From Chthoniobacteraceae bacterium (GTDB lineage: Bacteria > Verrucomicrobiota > Verrucomicrobiia > Chthoniobacterales > Chthoniobacteraceae): a stretch of DNA of 64,000 nt. The notes beneath the pieces were generated by a model. It saw only the letters and a list, made by a program, of their open reading frames with translations, ran no database searches and was not told the origin of the DNA. Below are positions 50,503-58,947 of this stretch, piece by piece. The stretch spans positions 32,001 through 96,000 of the forward strand of contig JANNXQ010000012.1 of the NCBI GenBank assembly GCA_031409655.1. The letters are read 5' to 3'. Numbering within the stretch: position 1 is the first letter of the stretch; each line of letters begins with the position of its first letter. The translations under genes were made by a program, and so were the position numbers.

Positions 50503-51702
50503 CTACAGCGTCTCGGGAGCCTGGAAGAGCTCGGCGATGCGGGCGAGGAGGCGGCCAGCGGCGCCGCCGTCGAGTACGCGGTGGTCGAAGCTGAGGGTCA
50601 TCTGCGCTTCGGTGGCGGGACGGAATTCCTTTTTCGCCGCATCCCACACCGGGACGACGCGACCGGCGCCGAGGCCGAGGACCATGGTCTGCTCGGGGAG
50701 CGGGATGGGTGTGGCCCACTCGAGGGCGAAGCTGCCGAAGTTGGTGACGGTGCCGACGGAGCCGCCTTGCGCATTGGCGGGGAGGCGGCGCTGGCGGGCG
50801 AGTTCGACGAGTTCATTGTAGCGGGCGACCATGTCGCGGAGCAGCGTCTGGTCGGCATTGCGGATGACGGGAACGAGCACGCCGTCTTCGGCTTCGACGG
50901 CGAAACCGACATCGACGGATTTCGGATGCACGATGTGGCCACCGATGAGGCGGCCGGCCGGCGCGCTGTTTTCACCGAGCGCGAGCGCGAGCGCGCGCAG
51001 GGCGTAGAGCGCGGGGCCGGCCTTCGGCGAGCTGGCTTTGCGATGCGCGAGCAGGAGGTCGAGTTGCACGCTGCGACCGACGGTGGCGAGGGGTCGCGCC
51101 CAGGAGCGGCGCATGGCATCGGCCACGGCGACGCGCATGGTGGAGGCGGGCGTGAGTTTGTGTTCGTTGAGGCGATCGAGAAATTTTTCAAAGTCCTCGA
51201 CCGTCACGCGGCCAGCGGCGCCGCTGCCGGCGATGCCCGCGAGGTCCGCGGCGTGCAGACCGAGTTCATTCATCCGCGCCTTCATCCGCGGGGACATGTA
51301 ACTCGCCCCGGCAGCGTGGGCGGGGACGGGCAATCCGCGCACCGTGGGAGCGACGCCTGGGCGCGGCTTGGCGGCTTCCGCATTCTTCGGGTGTCCGTTC
51401 TGCGGTTGCACGTCGCGGTCGGGCGGGAGCGTGTCGAGGCCAAGCCGCCGGGCTTCCGCCTCGCTTACTTCGAGCCAGCCGAGGGTCGCGCCGACGGGAT
51501 AACTTTGCTGCAACTCGACGGTGAGTTCCGCGAGCTTGCCGGTGCAGGGTGCGGTCACGCCCATCGTCGCCTTATTCGTCTCCACCTCGATGATCTCCTG
51601 ATCGCTGGTGATCTCCGCGCCGACCTCGAAAGGGATACGGACGATCGTGGCCTCGGCGATGGACTCGCCGAGCTGCGGCATGATGATGGGGATGCGGGGC
51701 AT
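50503..51702 (-). CDS. 2-oxoacid dehydrogenase E2 (dihydrolipoamide acyltransferase)
   Basis: Lipoyl domain (MPQLGES, EVETNKA), subunit-binding domain (GSGAAGRVTVED), SFDHRVLDG. Confidence 0.92.
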   Translation of the reverse strand: MPRIPIIMPQLGESIAEATIVRIPFEVGAEITSDQEIIEVETNKATMGVTAPCTGKLAELTVELQQSYPVGATLGWLEVSEAEARRLGLDTLPPDRDVQPQNGHPKNAEAAKPRPGVAPTVRGLPVPAHAAGASYMSPRMKARMNELGLHAADLAGIAGSGAAGRVTVEDFEKFLDRLNEHKLTPASTMRVAVADAMRRSWARPLATVGRSVQLDLLLAHRKASSPKAGPALYALRALALALGENSAPAGRLIGGHIVHPKSVDVGFAVEAEDGVLVPVIRNADQTLLRDMVARYNELVELARQRRLPANAQGGSVGTVTNFGSFALEWATPIPLPEQTMVLGLGAGRVVPVWDAAKKEFRPATEAQMTLSFDHRVLDGGAAGRLLARIAELFQAPETL

Positions 51703-51705
51703 GGC

Positions 51706-52144
51706 GAAAGGATGAAGGATGAAGGATGAAGGATGAGGGATGAAGTGGGCTAGCGTGCTGTTGCCTTTTTCACGATCGTGACCAGCATGGCGGTGAGTTC
51801 CTCAGTTTCCTGATGAAGCAATTCCAGTCGTTCGGGTGCGACGATTTTCCCCTCGCCGAGCAGCTCTAGCCAATAGCCGGTTTCTTCGAGTTCCTGCAAT
51901 GCACCTTCTATCTTGCTCACGAAATCGGCGTCCGACTTGGCGCGCTTCGCCTCACGATAGTGCGCGCCCACCGAAGTGGCAGATCGCAGCATCTGTCTGC
52001 CGAGGATTCGGGCCTCCTCTGTTTTTGGAAGGGACACGAACAGCTTGATACAACGGAGGGCGAATCGCTTGGTGCGCTGACGCAAGTCGCCTTCCGTTGC
52101 TCCACTCTTTTCTTCATCCTTCATCCTTCATCCCTAATCCTTTC
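51706..52144 (-). mobile_element. Heptamer-inverted-repeat element carrying a four-helix-bundle ORF
   Basis: Left arm GAAAGGAT(GAAGGAT)3GAGGGATGAAG, right arm CTTCATCCTTCATCCTTCATCCCTAATCCTTTC; sits between E1b and E2; sibling at 55458. Mobility is inferred. Confidence 0.6.
51750..52124 (-). CDS. Four helix bundle protein (23S rRNA IVP / Avd-like family)
   Basis: DLRQRTKRFALR, RQMLRSATSVGAHYREA.RAKS.ADF.SK, ELEETGYWLELL. Confidence 0.92.
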   Translation of the reverse strand: MKDEEKSGATEGDLRQRTKRFALRCIKLFVSLPKTEEARILGRQMLRSATSVGAHYREAKRAKSDADFVSKIEGALQELEETGYWLELLGEGKIVAPERLELLHQETEELTAMLVTIVKKATAR

Positions 52145-53106
52145 TAACTGCGGAGCAAATCGCGCATGGCCACGGCGATGGTCCGCGCGGTCGGGCGATG
52201 GGTGCCCCAGAGGTTCGGGTGATAGGGGACGGGCGTGTCTTTGGCGTTGAGACGTTTTGGTGGGGCGTCGAGGAGATCGAAGCCATCCGTGGCCACGCGG
52301 GCGACGATTTCCGCGGTGACGCCGCCCCAGGGCCAGGCTTCGCCGACGGCGAGCAGGCGGCCGGTGCGGGCGACGCTGGCGAGGACGGTGTCGGTGTCGA
52401 GCGGTTTGATGGAACGCAGGTCGATCACTTCGATCTCCGAGCCTTCGGTGGCGAGTTCTTCGGCACAGGCAAGGGCTTCGTGGACCATGGCGCTGTAGGT
52501 CACGATGGTCGCGTCGCGGCCCATGCGCGCGATGCGGGCTTTGCCGGTGGGCACGGCTTCCTTCGGGAGCGCTTCGGCTTTGAGGTGATAGTACAGGTAC
52601 TTGTGCTCGCAGAAGACGACGGGGTCATCGATGGCGACCGCTTCGAGGAGCATGGAGTAAGCGTCCTCGACGGTCGCCGGTGTCATGACGATGAGGCCAG
52701 GGTAGTGCGCATAGAGACCCTCCATGCTCTGGCTGTGAAAAGGGCCGCCGCCCGAGGTGCCGCCGCTCGGCAGGCGCACGGTGATGGGGCAGGGGACGCG
52801 GGTGCGCCAGTGCATGGTCGCGGCGTGGTTGACGATCTGGTTGAAGCCCACGGTCGAGAAATCCGCGAACTGCATCTCGACGATCGGCCTCATGCCTTCG
52901 ATGGCCGCGCCGATGGCTGCGCCGATGATCGCATCTTCGCTGATCGGCGCATCGAGCACGCGTCCGGGAAATTCCTTCGCGAGTCCTTTCGTCGCCTTGA
53001 AGGCCCCGCCGAACTGCCCCACGTCCTGACCGTAAACGAAGACCCGCGGATCTTCACTCAGCGCCCGGGCTTGGGCTTCGCGGATGGCTTCGAGATAGGT
53101 GATCAT
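52144..53106 (-). CDS. 2-oxoacid dehydrogenase E1 beta subunit
   Basis: GQDVG.FGGAF, DAPISE, EMQFADF, FHSQS, EHK, IDLRSIKPLD. Confidence 0.93.
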   Translation of the reverse strand: MITYLEAIREAQARALSEDPRVFVYGQDVGQFGGAFKATKGLAKEFPGRVLDAPISEDAIIGAAIGAAIEGMRPIVEMQFADFSTVGFNQIVNHAATMHWRTRVPCPITVRLPSGGTSGGGPFHSQSMEGLYAHYPGLIVMTPATVEDAYSMLLEAVAIDDPVVFCEHKYLYYHLKAEALPKEAVPTGKARIARMGRDATIVTYSAMVHEALACAEELATEGSEIEVIDLRSIKPLDTDTVLASVARTGRLLAVGEAWPWGGVTAEIVARVATDGFDLLDAPPKRLNAKDTPVPYHPNLWGTHRPTARTIAVAMRDLLRS

Positions 53107-54137
53107 TCGCCGCTGAACCCATCGGTGAGTTGGCGATTGGAAAGCGCGCACCAGTCCTCTTCATCGGGATCGGGGAGGGGCTCGCGGATCGTGGTGGCGA
53201 TGGCGGCTTCCACCTGCGCGCTCGCTTCGGTCTGCCATTGGCGGAGCGTCGCGGCATCCGTCCAGCCTTCGCTGAGAAAGCGCTGCTCCGCGACTTTCAG
53301 GCAATCGCGCCCCGTCGCGGATTGCTTTAAGCGGGGATCGACGTAGCCCGCGTCATCATGCTCGCCGTGGCCGACGAGGCGCAGGAGCGTGGCGACGACG
53401 AGTTGCGGACCGTGGCCGGAGCGTGCGCGCTCGACGGCGCGCCCGACGACGGTGAGACAGGCCGCGAGGTCGGTGCCATCCACGGTGTGTCCCTCGACGC
53501 CGTAGCCGATCGCTTTATCGACGAGGTGCCGACAGGCAAACTGCCGCGCGTTCGGCGTGGAGTAGGCGTATTGATTATTCGCGACGACGACGACCAGCGG
53601 CAGCTTCTCGACCGCCGCAAGATTGAGCCCTTCGTGGAAAGCGCCGGTCGAGGTGCCTCCCTCGCCAATACACGTCGCGCCGACCGCGCCGGTGAGACCT
53701 TGAAAACGCCGCGCCATGAGTGCGCCGGCGACGGTGGGGATCATCGCGCCGAGATGGCTGATCATCGCGTAGTAGCCTTCGCGCGGGCGGCCGCGGTGAA
53801 TATTCCCATCGCGACCGAGCATCGGGCCGAGGCGCGAGCCGAGATAGGTGCGCGTGTAGTCGAGCAAGGCCTCGCCGAAGGCAAAGCGTCCGGCCTGATC
53901 GCGGATCAGCGGCGCGAAGATGTCGCCTTCGCGCAAGGCCACGCCGACGGAGGCGCTGAGCGCTTCCTGGCCTTTCCCGAGAAAGACGCCGCCGATTATT
54001 TTCCCGCCCCGATAGAGATTGGCGATCCGATCCTCGGCGGTCCGCGCGAGCAACATCCAGCGATACGCTTGGAGGCAAGCGTCTTTGAGATCGGTAGGCT
54101 CTGCGCAGGATGCGCGGGCCGCGGTCGTTTGAACCAT
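53103..54137 (-). CDS. 2-oxoacid dehydrogenase E1 alpha subunit (TPP-dependent)
   Basis: GQEA, GEGGTSTGAFHEGLN...NNQYAYST, RLVGHGEHDD; substrate not determinable. Confidence 0.92.
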   Translation of the reverse strand: MVQTTAARASCAEPTDLKDACLQAYRWMLLARTAEDRIANLYRGGKIIGGVFLGKGQEALSASVGVALREGDIFAPLIRDQAGRFAFGEALLDYTRTYLGSRLGPMLGRDGNIHRGRPREGYYAMISHLGAMIPTVAGALMARRFQGLTGAVGATCIGEGGTSTGAFHEGLNLAAVEKLPLVVVVANNQYAYSTPNARQFACRHLVDKAIGYGVEGHTVDGTDLAACLTVVGRAVERARSGHGPQLVVATLLRLVGHGEHDDAGYVDPRLKQSATGRDCLKVAEQRFLSEGWTDAATLRQWQTEASAQVEAAIATTIREPLPDPDEEDWCALSNRQLTDGFSGE

Positions 54138-54327
54138 GCGCGGGATAGTAGGGAGCGTGGTGCGACGCGTGCAATTGAAGAAATGGCGGATGCGGCGGGT
54201 GGTCATCCTGGCATCCGCAACGCTCCGCGCCAGAGCTGATGAAGATGACGATGCTGAGAATGAGCAGGAGCGAGCCGCCCACTTTCTCTTGGCAAGGCCC
54301 GTCCCGTCTCCGTTTAATCCCCGTCCC

Positions 54328-55467
54328 TTGAAGCTCCTCGACCGTTACGTCCTCCGCAATTTCCTGGAGCCCTTCCTCATCTGCTTCTTCGGGTTCATCG
54401 CCATCTGGCTCATTTTCGATCTGGCGGATAACGGGCCCGACTTCACGCAGGCGAAGGCGTCTTTCAAGGCGGTCGCCTTTTTCTACCTCACGCAACTCCC
54501 GCAGACGGTGGTGATCTCGCTGCCGATCGGCTTGCTCCTCGGCCTGCTCTATTCGCTGAGCCAGATGTCGCGCTCGCAGGAGATCATCTCCATGCTCACC
54601 GCTGGGCGCAGTGTGCCGCGGGTGATCCTGCCTTTGATCGTCGTGGGGCTCATCGCCACGGCGGTCTGCATGGTGCTGAACTACCGCCTCGCGCCCCACG
54701 CCGAATCGATCCGCAAAATTGCCCTCGAGCAGATCAGCCGCGGGCGGCGGGCCGGGGAGATTGAGCCGGTGAAAGGGCATCTCTTTCGCGATCGGCTCAC
54801 GAATCGCATCTGGTTCGCGCGTCGCTTCACGCCAGGCTCCTTGCAGCTCGATGGCGTCCAAGTCGCGCAGCAGGACGCCGCTGGCCGGATCACGAAGAAG
54901 TGGTACGCGCTGCGGGCGGTCTATGATCCGCGGGCGCGGGAGTGGACGCTCAATCGCGGGATCTCTGTCGAGTTTTCGGAAAATGGCGACATCGCGAAGA
55001 CGGACGATTTTCAGGATTCCTATCGCACCATCAAAGACTGGAGCGAAACGCCGTGGCGGGTGGGCAGTGTGCGGCTGGATGCGCAGGGGCTCTCGGTGCC
55101 GGAGTTGCGCGAGTATCTCCAGCACAATGTCGATTTCCCCGACGTGCAACTCGCGCCCTACCGCGCCACCCTGTCCGATCGCTGGGCGCTGCCCTGGACC
55201 TGTCTGATCGTCGTCTTCGTGGCCGCGCCGCTCGGCATCGTCTTCTCGCGGCAGGGAGTACTCGCGGGCGTCGCCAGCTCCATCTTCATCTTCTTCGGCA
55301 TGGTCATGGTCCGTTACCTTTTCCTCGCACTGGGCAAAGGCAACCGCATCGACCCTTGGATCGCGCCGTGGGTGCCGAATGCGATCTTCCTCTTCGTCGG
55401 CCTCGTGCTGCTTTGGTTCCGCACGACGAACCGCGATCTCCCGAGGCTGCGCCTGCGGAAAGGATGA
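54328..55467 (+). CDS. LptF/LptG-family permease
   Basis: LLDRYVLRNFL start (TTG), three TM + periplasmic domain + three TM, APWVPNAIF. Confidence 0.88.
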   Translation: MKLLDRYVLRNFLEPFLICFFGFIAIWLIFDLADNGPDFTQAKASFKAVAFFYLTQLPQTVVISLPIGLLLGLLYSLSQMSRSQEIISMLTAGRSVPRVILPLIVVGLIATAVCMVLNYRLAPHAESIRKIALEQISRGRRAGEIEPVKGHLFRDRLTNRIWFARRFTPGSLQLDGVQVAQQDAAGRITKKWYALRAVYDPRAREWTLNRGISVEFSENGDIAKTDDFQDSYRTIKDWSETPWRVGSVRLDAQGLSVPELREYLQHNVDFPDVQLAPYRATLSDRWALPWTCLIVVFVAAPLGIVFSRQGVLAGVASSIFIFFGMVMVRYLFLALGKGNRIDPWIAPWVPNAIFLFVGLVLLWFRTTNRDLPRLRLRKG

Positions 55468-55568
55468 AGGCGGAAGGATGAAGGCTGAAGTAGTCAGCGC
55501 TGCGCGCCGCGGTGTCGATTTTCCACCACTCTTCACTTCATCCTTCATCCTTCATCCTTCATCCTTTC
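55458..55568. repeat. ORF-less copy of the GAAGGAT heptamer inverted-repeat element
   Basis: GAAAGGATGAAGGCGGAAGGATGAAGGCTGAAG ... CTTCATCCTTCATCCTTCATCCTTCATCCTTTC. Confidence 0.85.
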
Positions 55569-55571
55569 CCC

Positions 55572-56147
55572 ATGACTCAAGACTGGACCATCCAAGGCCG
55601 CTCGCATTCCTGCTCCTCCACGGGGCGGGATTTTAGTGAGGGCGAATTTTTTTACACGTTGCTCTTCGATGAACCGGCGGGCTTTCGGCGCGAAGATTGG
55701 TGCGAGGAGGCCTTCAAAGCGCGGCCTGCGGAGGCGGCCGCACCGTATTCGCAGTGGCGGGCGAAGTATCAGCCGCCCGCGCCCCCGCCGCCGGAAGCGC
55801 TCGGCAAGCAGACCGCGGAAGACCTGCTCCGCCGCTACATGGACGAGGACACGCCGCAGCACACGAATGCGCGCTACCTGCTCGGGGTCATGCTCGAACG
55901 TAAACGCTTGCTCAAAGAGGTGGAGGTGAAAAAGGGCGACGATGGGCAGATCGTCCGCATCTACGTCCACAACAAGACGGGCGAGGTTTTCATCGTGCCT
56001 GACCCGCAGCTCCGGCTCGATCAACTCGCGGCCTTGCAGGTGGAGCTGTCCGGCCTGCTTTCGCCCGAGGCCGCTGCCGCGCCGATGGCGCCCCCGGAAG
56101 AGTCGCCGGTCCCCGCAGAGACCTCCGAAACTCCCGCTGAGCCATGA
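55572..56147 (+). CDS. Hypothetical protein
   Basis: MTQDWTIQGRSHSC...LERKRLLKEV; coupled (ATGA) to the RidA gene. Confidence 0.8.
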   Translation: MTQDWTIQGRSHSCSSTGRDFSEGEFFYTLLFDEPAGFRREDWCEEAFKARPAEAAAPYSQWRAKYQPPAPPPPEALGKQTAEDLLRRYMDEDTPQHTNARYLLGVMLERKRLLKEVEVKKGDDGQIVRIYVHNKTGEVFIVPDPQLRLDQLAALQVELSGLLSPEAAAAPMAPPEESPVPAETSETPAEP

Positions 56148-56608
56148 GCCACGAAGCCCGTCTCGCCGCGCTCGGCGTCGAACTCCCCGCCGCGCCTGTG
56201 CCCGTCGCCGTTTACCAGCCGCTCGTCATCGCGGGCGGACTCGCCTACGTGTCCGGTCACGGACCCGTGCTGCCCGATGGGAGCAAGATCACCGGAGTCG
56301 TCGGACGCGATCTGGGCATCGCTGGCGGGCACGGCGCAGCGCGGCAAGTCGGCCTCGCGATCCTCGCCACGCTGCGTTCGGAGCTGGGTTCACTGGACCG
56401 GGTGGCGCGGGTGGTGAAGGTGCTCGGGATGGTGAATTCCGCGCCGGATTTCTACGAGCATCCGAAGGTCATCAATGGCTGCAGCGAGCTTTTCGCCGAT
56501 GTCTTCGGCCCCGCTGCCGGGGTCGGTGCGCGCAGCGCCGTGGGCCTGGGACCGCTGCCCGGAAACATCGCTGTGGAGATCGAGGCCATCTTCGAACTCG
56601 TCCCATGA
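56144..56608 (+). CDS. RidA/YjgF-family protein
   Basis: YVSGHGP, VVKVLGMVN, INGCSEL, ARSAVG, VEIEAIF. Confidence 0.9.
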   Translation: MSHEARLAALGVELPAAPVPVAVYQPLVIAGGLAYVSGHGPVLPDGSKITGVVGRDLGIAGGHGAARQVGLAILATLRSELGSLDRVARVVKVLGMVNSAPDFYEHPKVINGCSELFADVFGPAAGVGARSAVGLGPLPGNIAVEIEAIFELVP

Positions 56609-57714
56609 TGTCCGACTGGTTCCGCCCGGAAAATGAGCGCGACATTCCCTCGCCGGGACTGCTGCTCATCTCCGAGCGCATCGACGCGAATCTCCGGTTG
56701 ATGGTCGAACTCGCGGGCGATCCCGCGCGGCTCCGGCCGCACGTAAAAACGCACAAGCTCGGCCCGATCGTGCAGCGCCAACTCGCGCTCGGCATCACGA
56801 AGTACAAATGCGCGACCATCGCCGAGGCCGAGATGACGGCGGAGGCGGGCGCGCCGGAGGTGCTCCTTTCCTTCCCCGCAGTCGGTCCGAACATCGCGCG
56901 CCTCTGCGCCCTCGTGCGCCATTTCCCGGCCACGAAATTCTCCGCGATCGCCGACAACGCGCCGACCATCCGTGGTCTGAGCGCGGGCGCGCGCGCCGCT
57001 GGTCTCGCGCTCGACGTCTTCCTCGATCTCGATTGCGACATGCAGCGCACCGGCATCGCGCCCGGCCCGGAAGCCGTCACCCTCTATCGCCTCCTCACCA
57101 CCACGCCCGCCCTCCGCGCTGCGGGCCTGCACGCTTACGACGGGCACATTCAAGAATCCGATCCCGCTGCGCGCGCGGCCAAGTGCGACGCGGATTTCGC
57201 GCCAGTGCTGGCCTTGCGCGATCAACTCACCGCCGCTGGCCTGCCCGTGCCCGCGCTCATCGCCGCCGGCTCGCCTACCTTTCCGTGCCATGCGCGCTTT
57301 CCCGATCGCGAACTCAGCCCCGGCACCACGGTCCTCTGGGATTTCGGCTACGGCGACAAATTCCCCGACCTCGCTTTCCAGCCCGCCGCGGTGCTGCTCA
57401 CACGCGTCATCAGCAAGCCCGGCGCGAATCGGCTCTGCCTCGATCTCGGACACAAAGCGGTGGCCTCCGAAATGCCGCATCCCCGCGTGCGCCTCCTCGA
57501 ACTCCCCGACGCCGTGCCCGTGGTGCATAGCGAAGAACATCTCGTGATCGAGACCCCGCGGGCCAGCGAGTTCTCCATCGGCGCCACCCTCCACGGCATC
57601 CCGCGGCACATCTGCCCGACCGTCGCGCTGCACAGCGAAGCCTGGCTGGTGGAAGGCGGCGTGGCCCGCGCACGCTGGCCGATCCTCGCGCGGGCTCGAC
57701 GGCTGACGGTGTAG
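56605..57714 (+). CDS. D-threonine aldolase / D-serine dehydratase-family PLP enzyme
   Basis: LRPHVKTHK, RTG, HAYDGH, DLGHKAV, SEEH, PRHICPTV. Confidence 0.9.
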   Translation: MMSDWFRPENERDIPSPGLLLISERIDANLRLMVELAGDPARLRPHVKTHKLGPIVQRQLALGITKYKCATIAEAEMTAEAGAPEVLLSFPAVGPNIARLCALVRHFPATKFSAIADNAPTIRGLSAGARAAGLALDVFLDLDCDMQRTGIAPGPEAVTLYRLLTTTPALRAAGLHAYDGHIQESDPAARAAKCDADFAPVLALRDQLTAAGLPVPALIAAGSPTFPCHARFPDRELSPGTTVLWDFGYGDKFPDLAFQPAAVLLTRVISKPGANRLCLDLGHKAVASEMPHPRVRLLELPDAVPVVHSEEHLVIETPRASEFSIGATLHGIPRHICPTVALHSEAWLVEGGVARARWPILARARRLTV

Positions 57715-57807
57715 GCGGAAAATCTCAGGCTTCCCCCTTGTGACCTCCACGGCCTGGCCATTGATCGCGCGCGGCTGCGGCTCCCTTTGCCTTTCACTGA
57801 AGCAGCT

Positions 57808-58791
57808 TCAGCTTCGACGCAGCAGGCTGCCGGCGCGGGTGAAGTGTTCAGCGCGGAATCCCATGGCCAGTTTGAGCTGATAGTCACGCTCGATGACGTT
57901 CGTGATCGCCCGGCAGCGGCGGTAGTCCTCGCCGCTGATCAGCCCGCGCAACCGCGCCCACAGGCCGTGGACCGGCACCGGAAAATCGCTGCCATGCACG
58001 AGCCGCTCCGCGAGCAATCCCGTGTGACATTTTCCCGCATGACGACCGCGCAGCGGAACGTGCCACGCACTCGTGTCGCCGTAGAGCTTTGCGTGCTTCC
58101 CGACCATCTCCGCGAAGACGTGGAAATACTCCGGATCGCCGAGACCGCTCTTCGTCGCGGAGTGCGCGGCGATCACCGTCACGCCGCACTCGAGCGGCTG
58201 CGTGAGCACGCGCGGATCGGCGTAGGCTTTGTTGATCACGGGCACGGTGTGCTCGCCGCCGGTGTGCGCGAGCAGCGGCAAGCGCGCCGCCGCCATGCGC
58301 TCCCAAAACTTCCGGTAACGCCGATCATTGCAATCCACGTTGTGGCAGTTGGGCAGAAGCTTCAGCACCACCGCGCCACTGGCGATGCAGCGGTCGAGTT
58401 CTTCCAGCGCATCCCGGCGCGCGGGATGGATGGAGACGGCAGGGAGAAATTCGGGATGCTTGCGGGCGAGCTGCAGCACGTAGTCATTCGGCACGTGAAA
58501 GGAACCCACACCTTCCAGGCGCCGCCCCTCAGCGTCATAGACCTCCTCTTGCGCCAGGATCACCGCGTGGCTGCATGAAGATTCGCGCACGAGCCGGACG
58601 AGATGCGTCACGTAGCGTTCGTCAAAGTCCGGCGCATCGAGCGCCAATCCCGCGAGCCCGATGTGCCGCATCATGTAAGCAGCCAGGGGTCGGTGCCAGA
58701 ACCCCGACACGCGCAACCAGCAACCGCTGCCGCCCCGGCCATTGCCGACGATGTGAATGTGGGCGTCGATGTGCGGGGTGGGCTGGCTCAT
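57808..58791 (-). CDS. Amidohydrolase family protein
   Basis: IDAHIH, SIHP, LKLLP, AHTGGE, AAH, HGSDFP. Confidence 0.88.
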   Translation of the reverse strand: MSQPTPHIDAHIHIVGNGRGGSGCWLRVSGFWHRPLAAYMMRHIGLAGLALDAPDFDERYVTHLVRLVRESSCSHAVILAQEEVYDAEGRRLEGVGSFHVPNDYVLQLARKHPEFLPAVSIHPARRDALEELDRCIASGAVVLKLLPNCHNVDCNDRRYRKFWERMAAARLPLLAHTGGEHTVPVINKAYADPRVLTQPLECGVTVIAAHSATKSGLGDPEYFHVFAEMVGKHAKLYGDTSAWHVPLRGRHAGKCHTGLLAERLVHGSDFPVPVHGLWARLRGLISGEDYRRCRAITNVIERDYQLKLAMGFRAEHFTRAGSLLRRS

Positions 58792-58813
58792 GGGAAACTC
58801 GTGGACTGATTCT

Positions 58814-58935
58814 GAAAAAGCACCAAGCAGCAAGAACCAAGCACCAACGATCGCGCACGCAGTCGCGAGAGCGAAAATTGGAATTTGGTGCTTGGCGCTT
58901 CTTTGGAGCTTGATGCTTGGTTCCTGGTGCTTCTC
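58814..58935. repeat. Inverted heptamer arrays (AAGCACC family)
   Basis: AAGCACC AAGCAGC AAGAACC AAGCACC ... TTGGTGC TTGGCGC ... TTGGAGC TTGATGC TTGGTTC CTGGTGC TT. Confidence 0.8.
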
Positions 58936-58947
58936 ACCACGACCTCC

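Noticed and set aside
51560..51600. Lipoyl motif ETNKA instead of ETDKA in E2
   Set aside because: The lipoylated Lys is retained; a single conservative change is not evidence of altered function
51750..52124. Diversity-generating retroelement (Avd-like gene)
   Set aside because: No reverse transcriptase and no template/variable repeat pair visible in the window
54209..54224. TGGCATCCGCAACGCT as another sigma54 promoter
   Set aside because: GG-N10-GC spacing holds, but -12 lacks the T residues and the start codon is about 105 nt away; could be chance
54232..54274. Degenerate GAx-rich hexamer-like run upstream of the LptF/G gene
   Set aside because: Too degenerate and single-armed to define a repeat unit confidently
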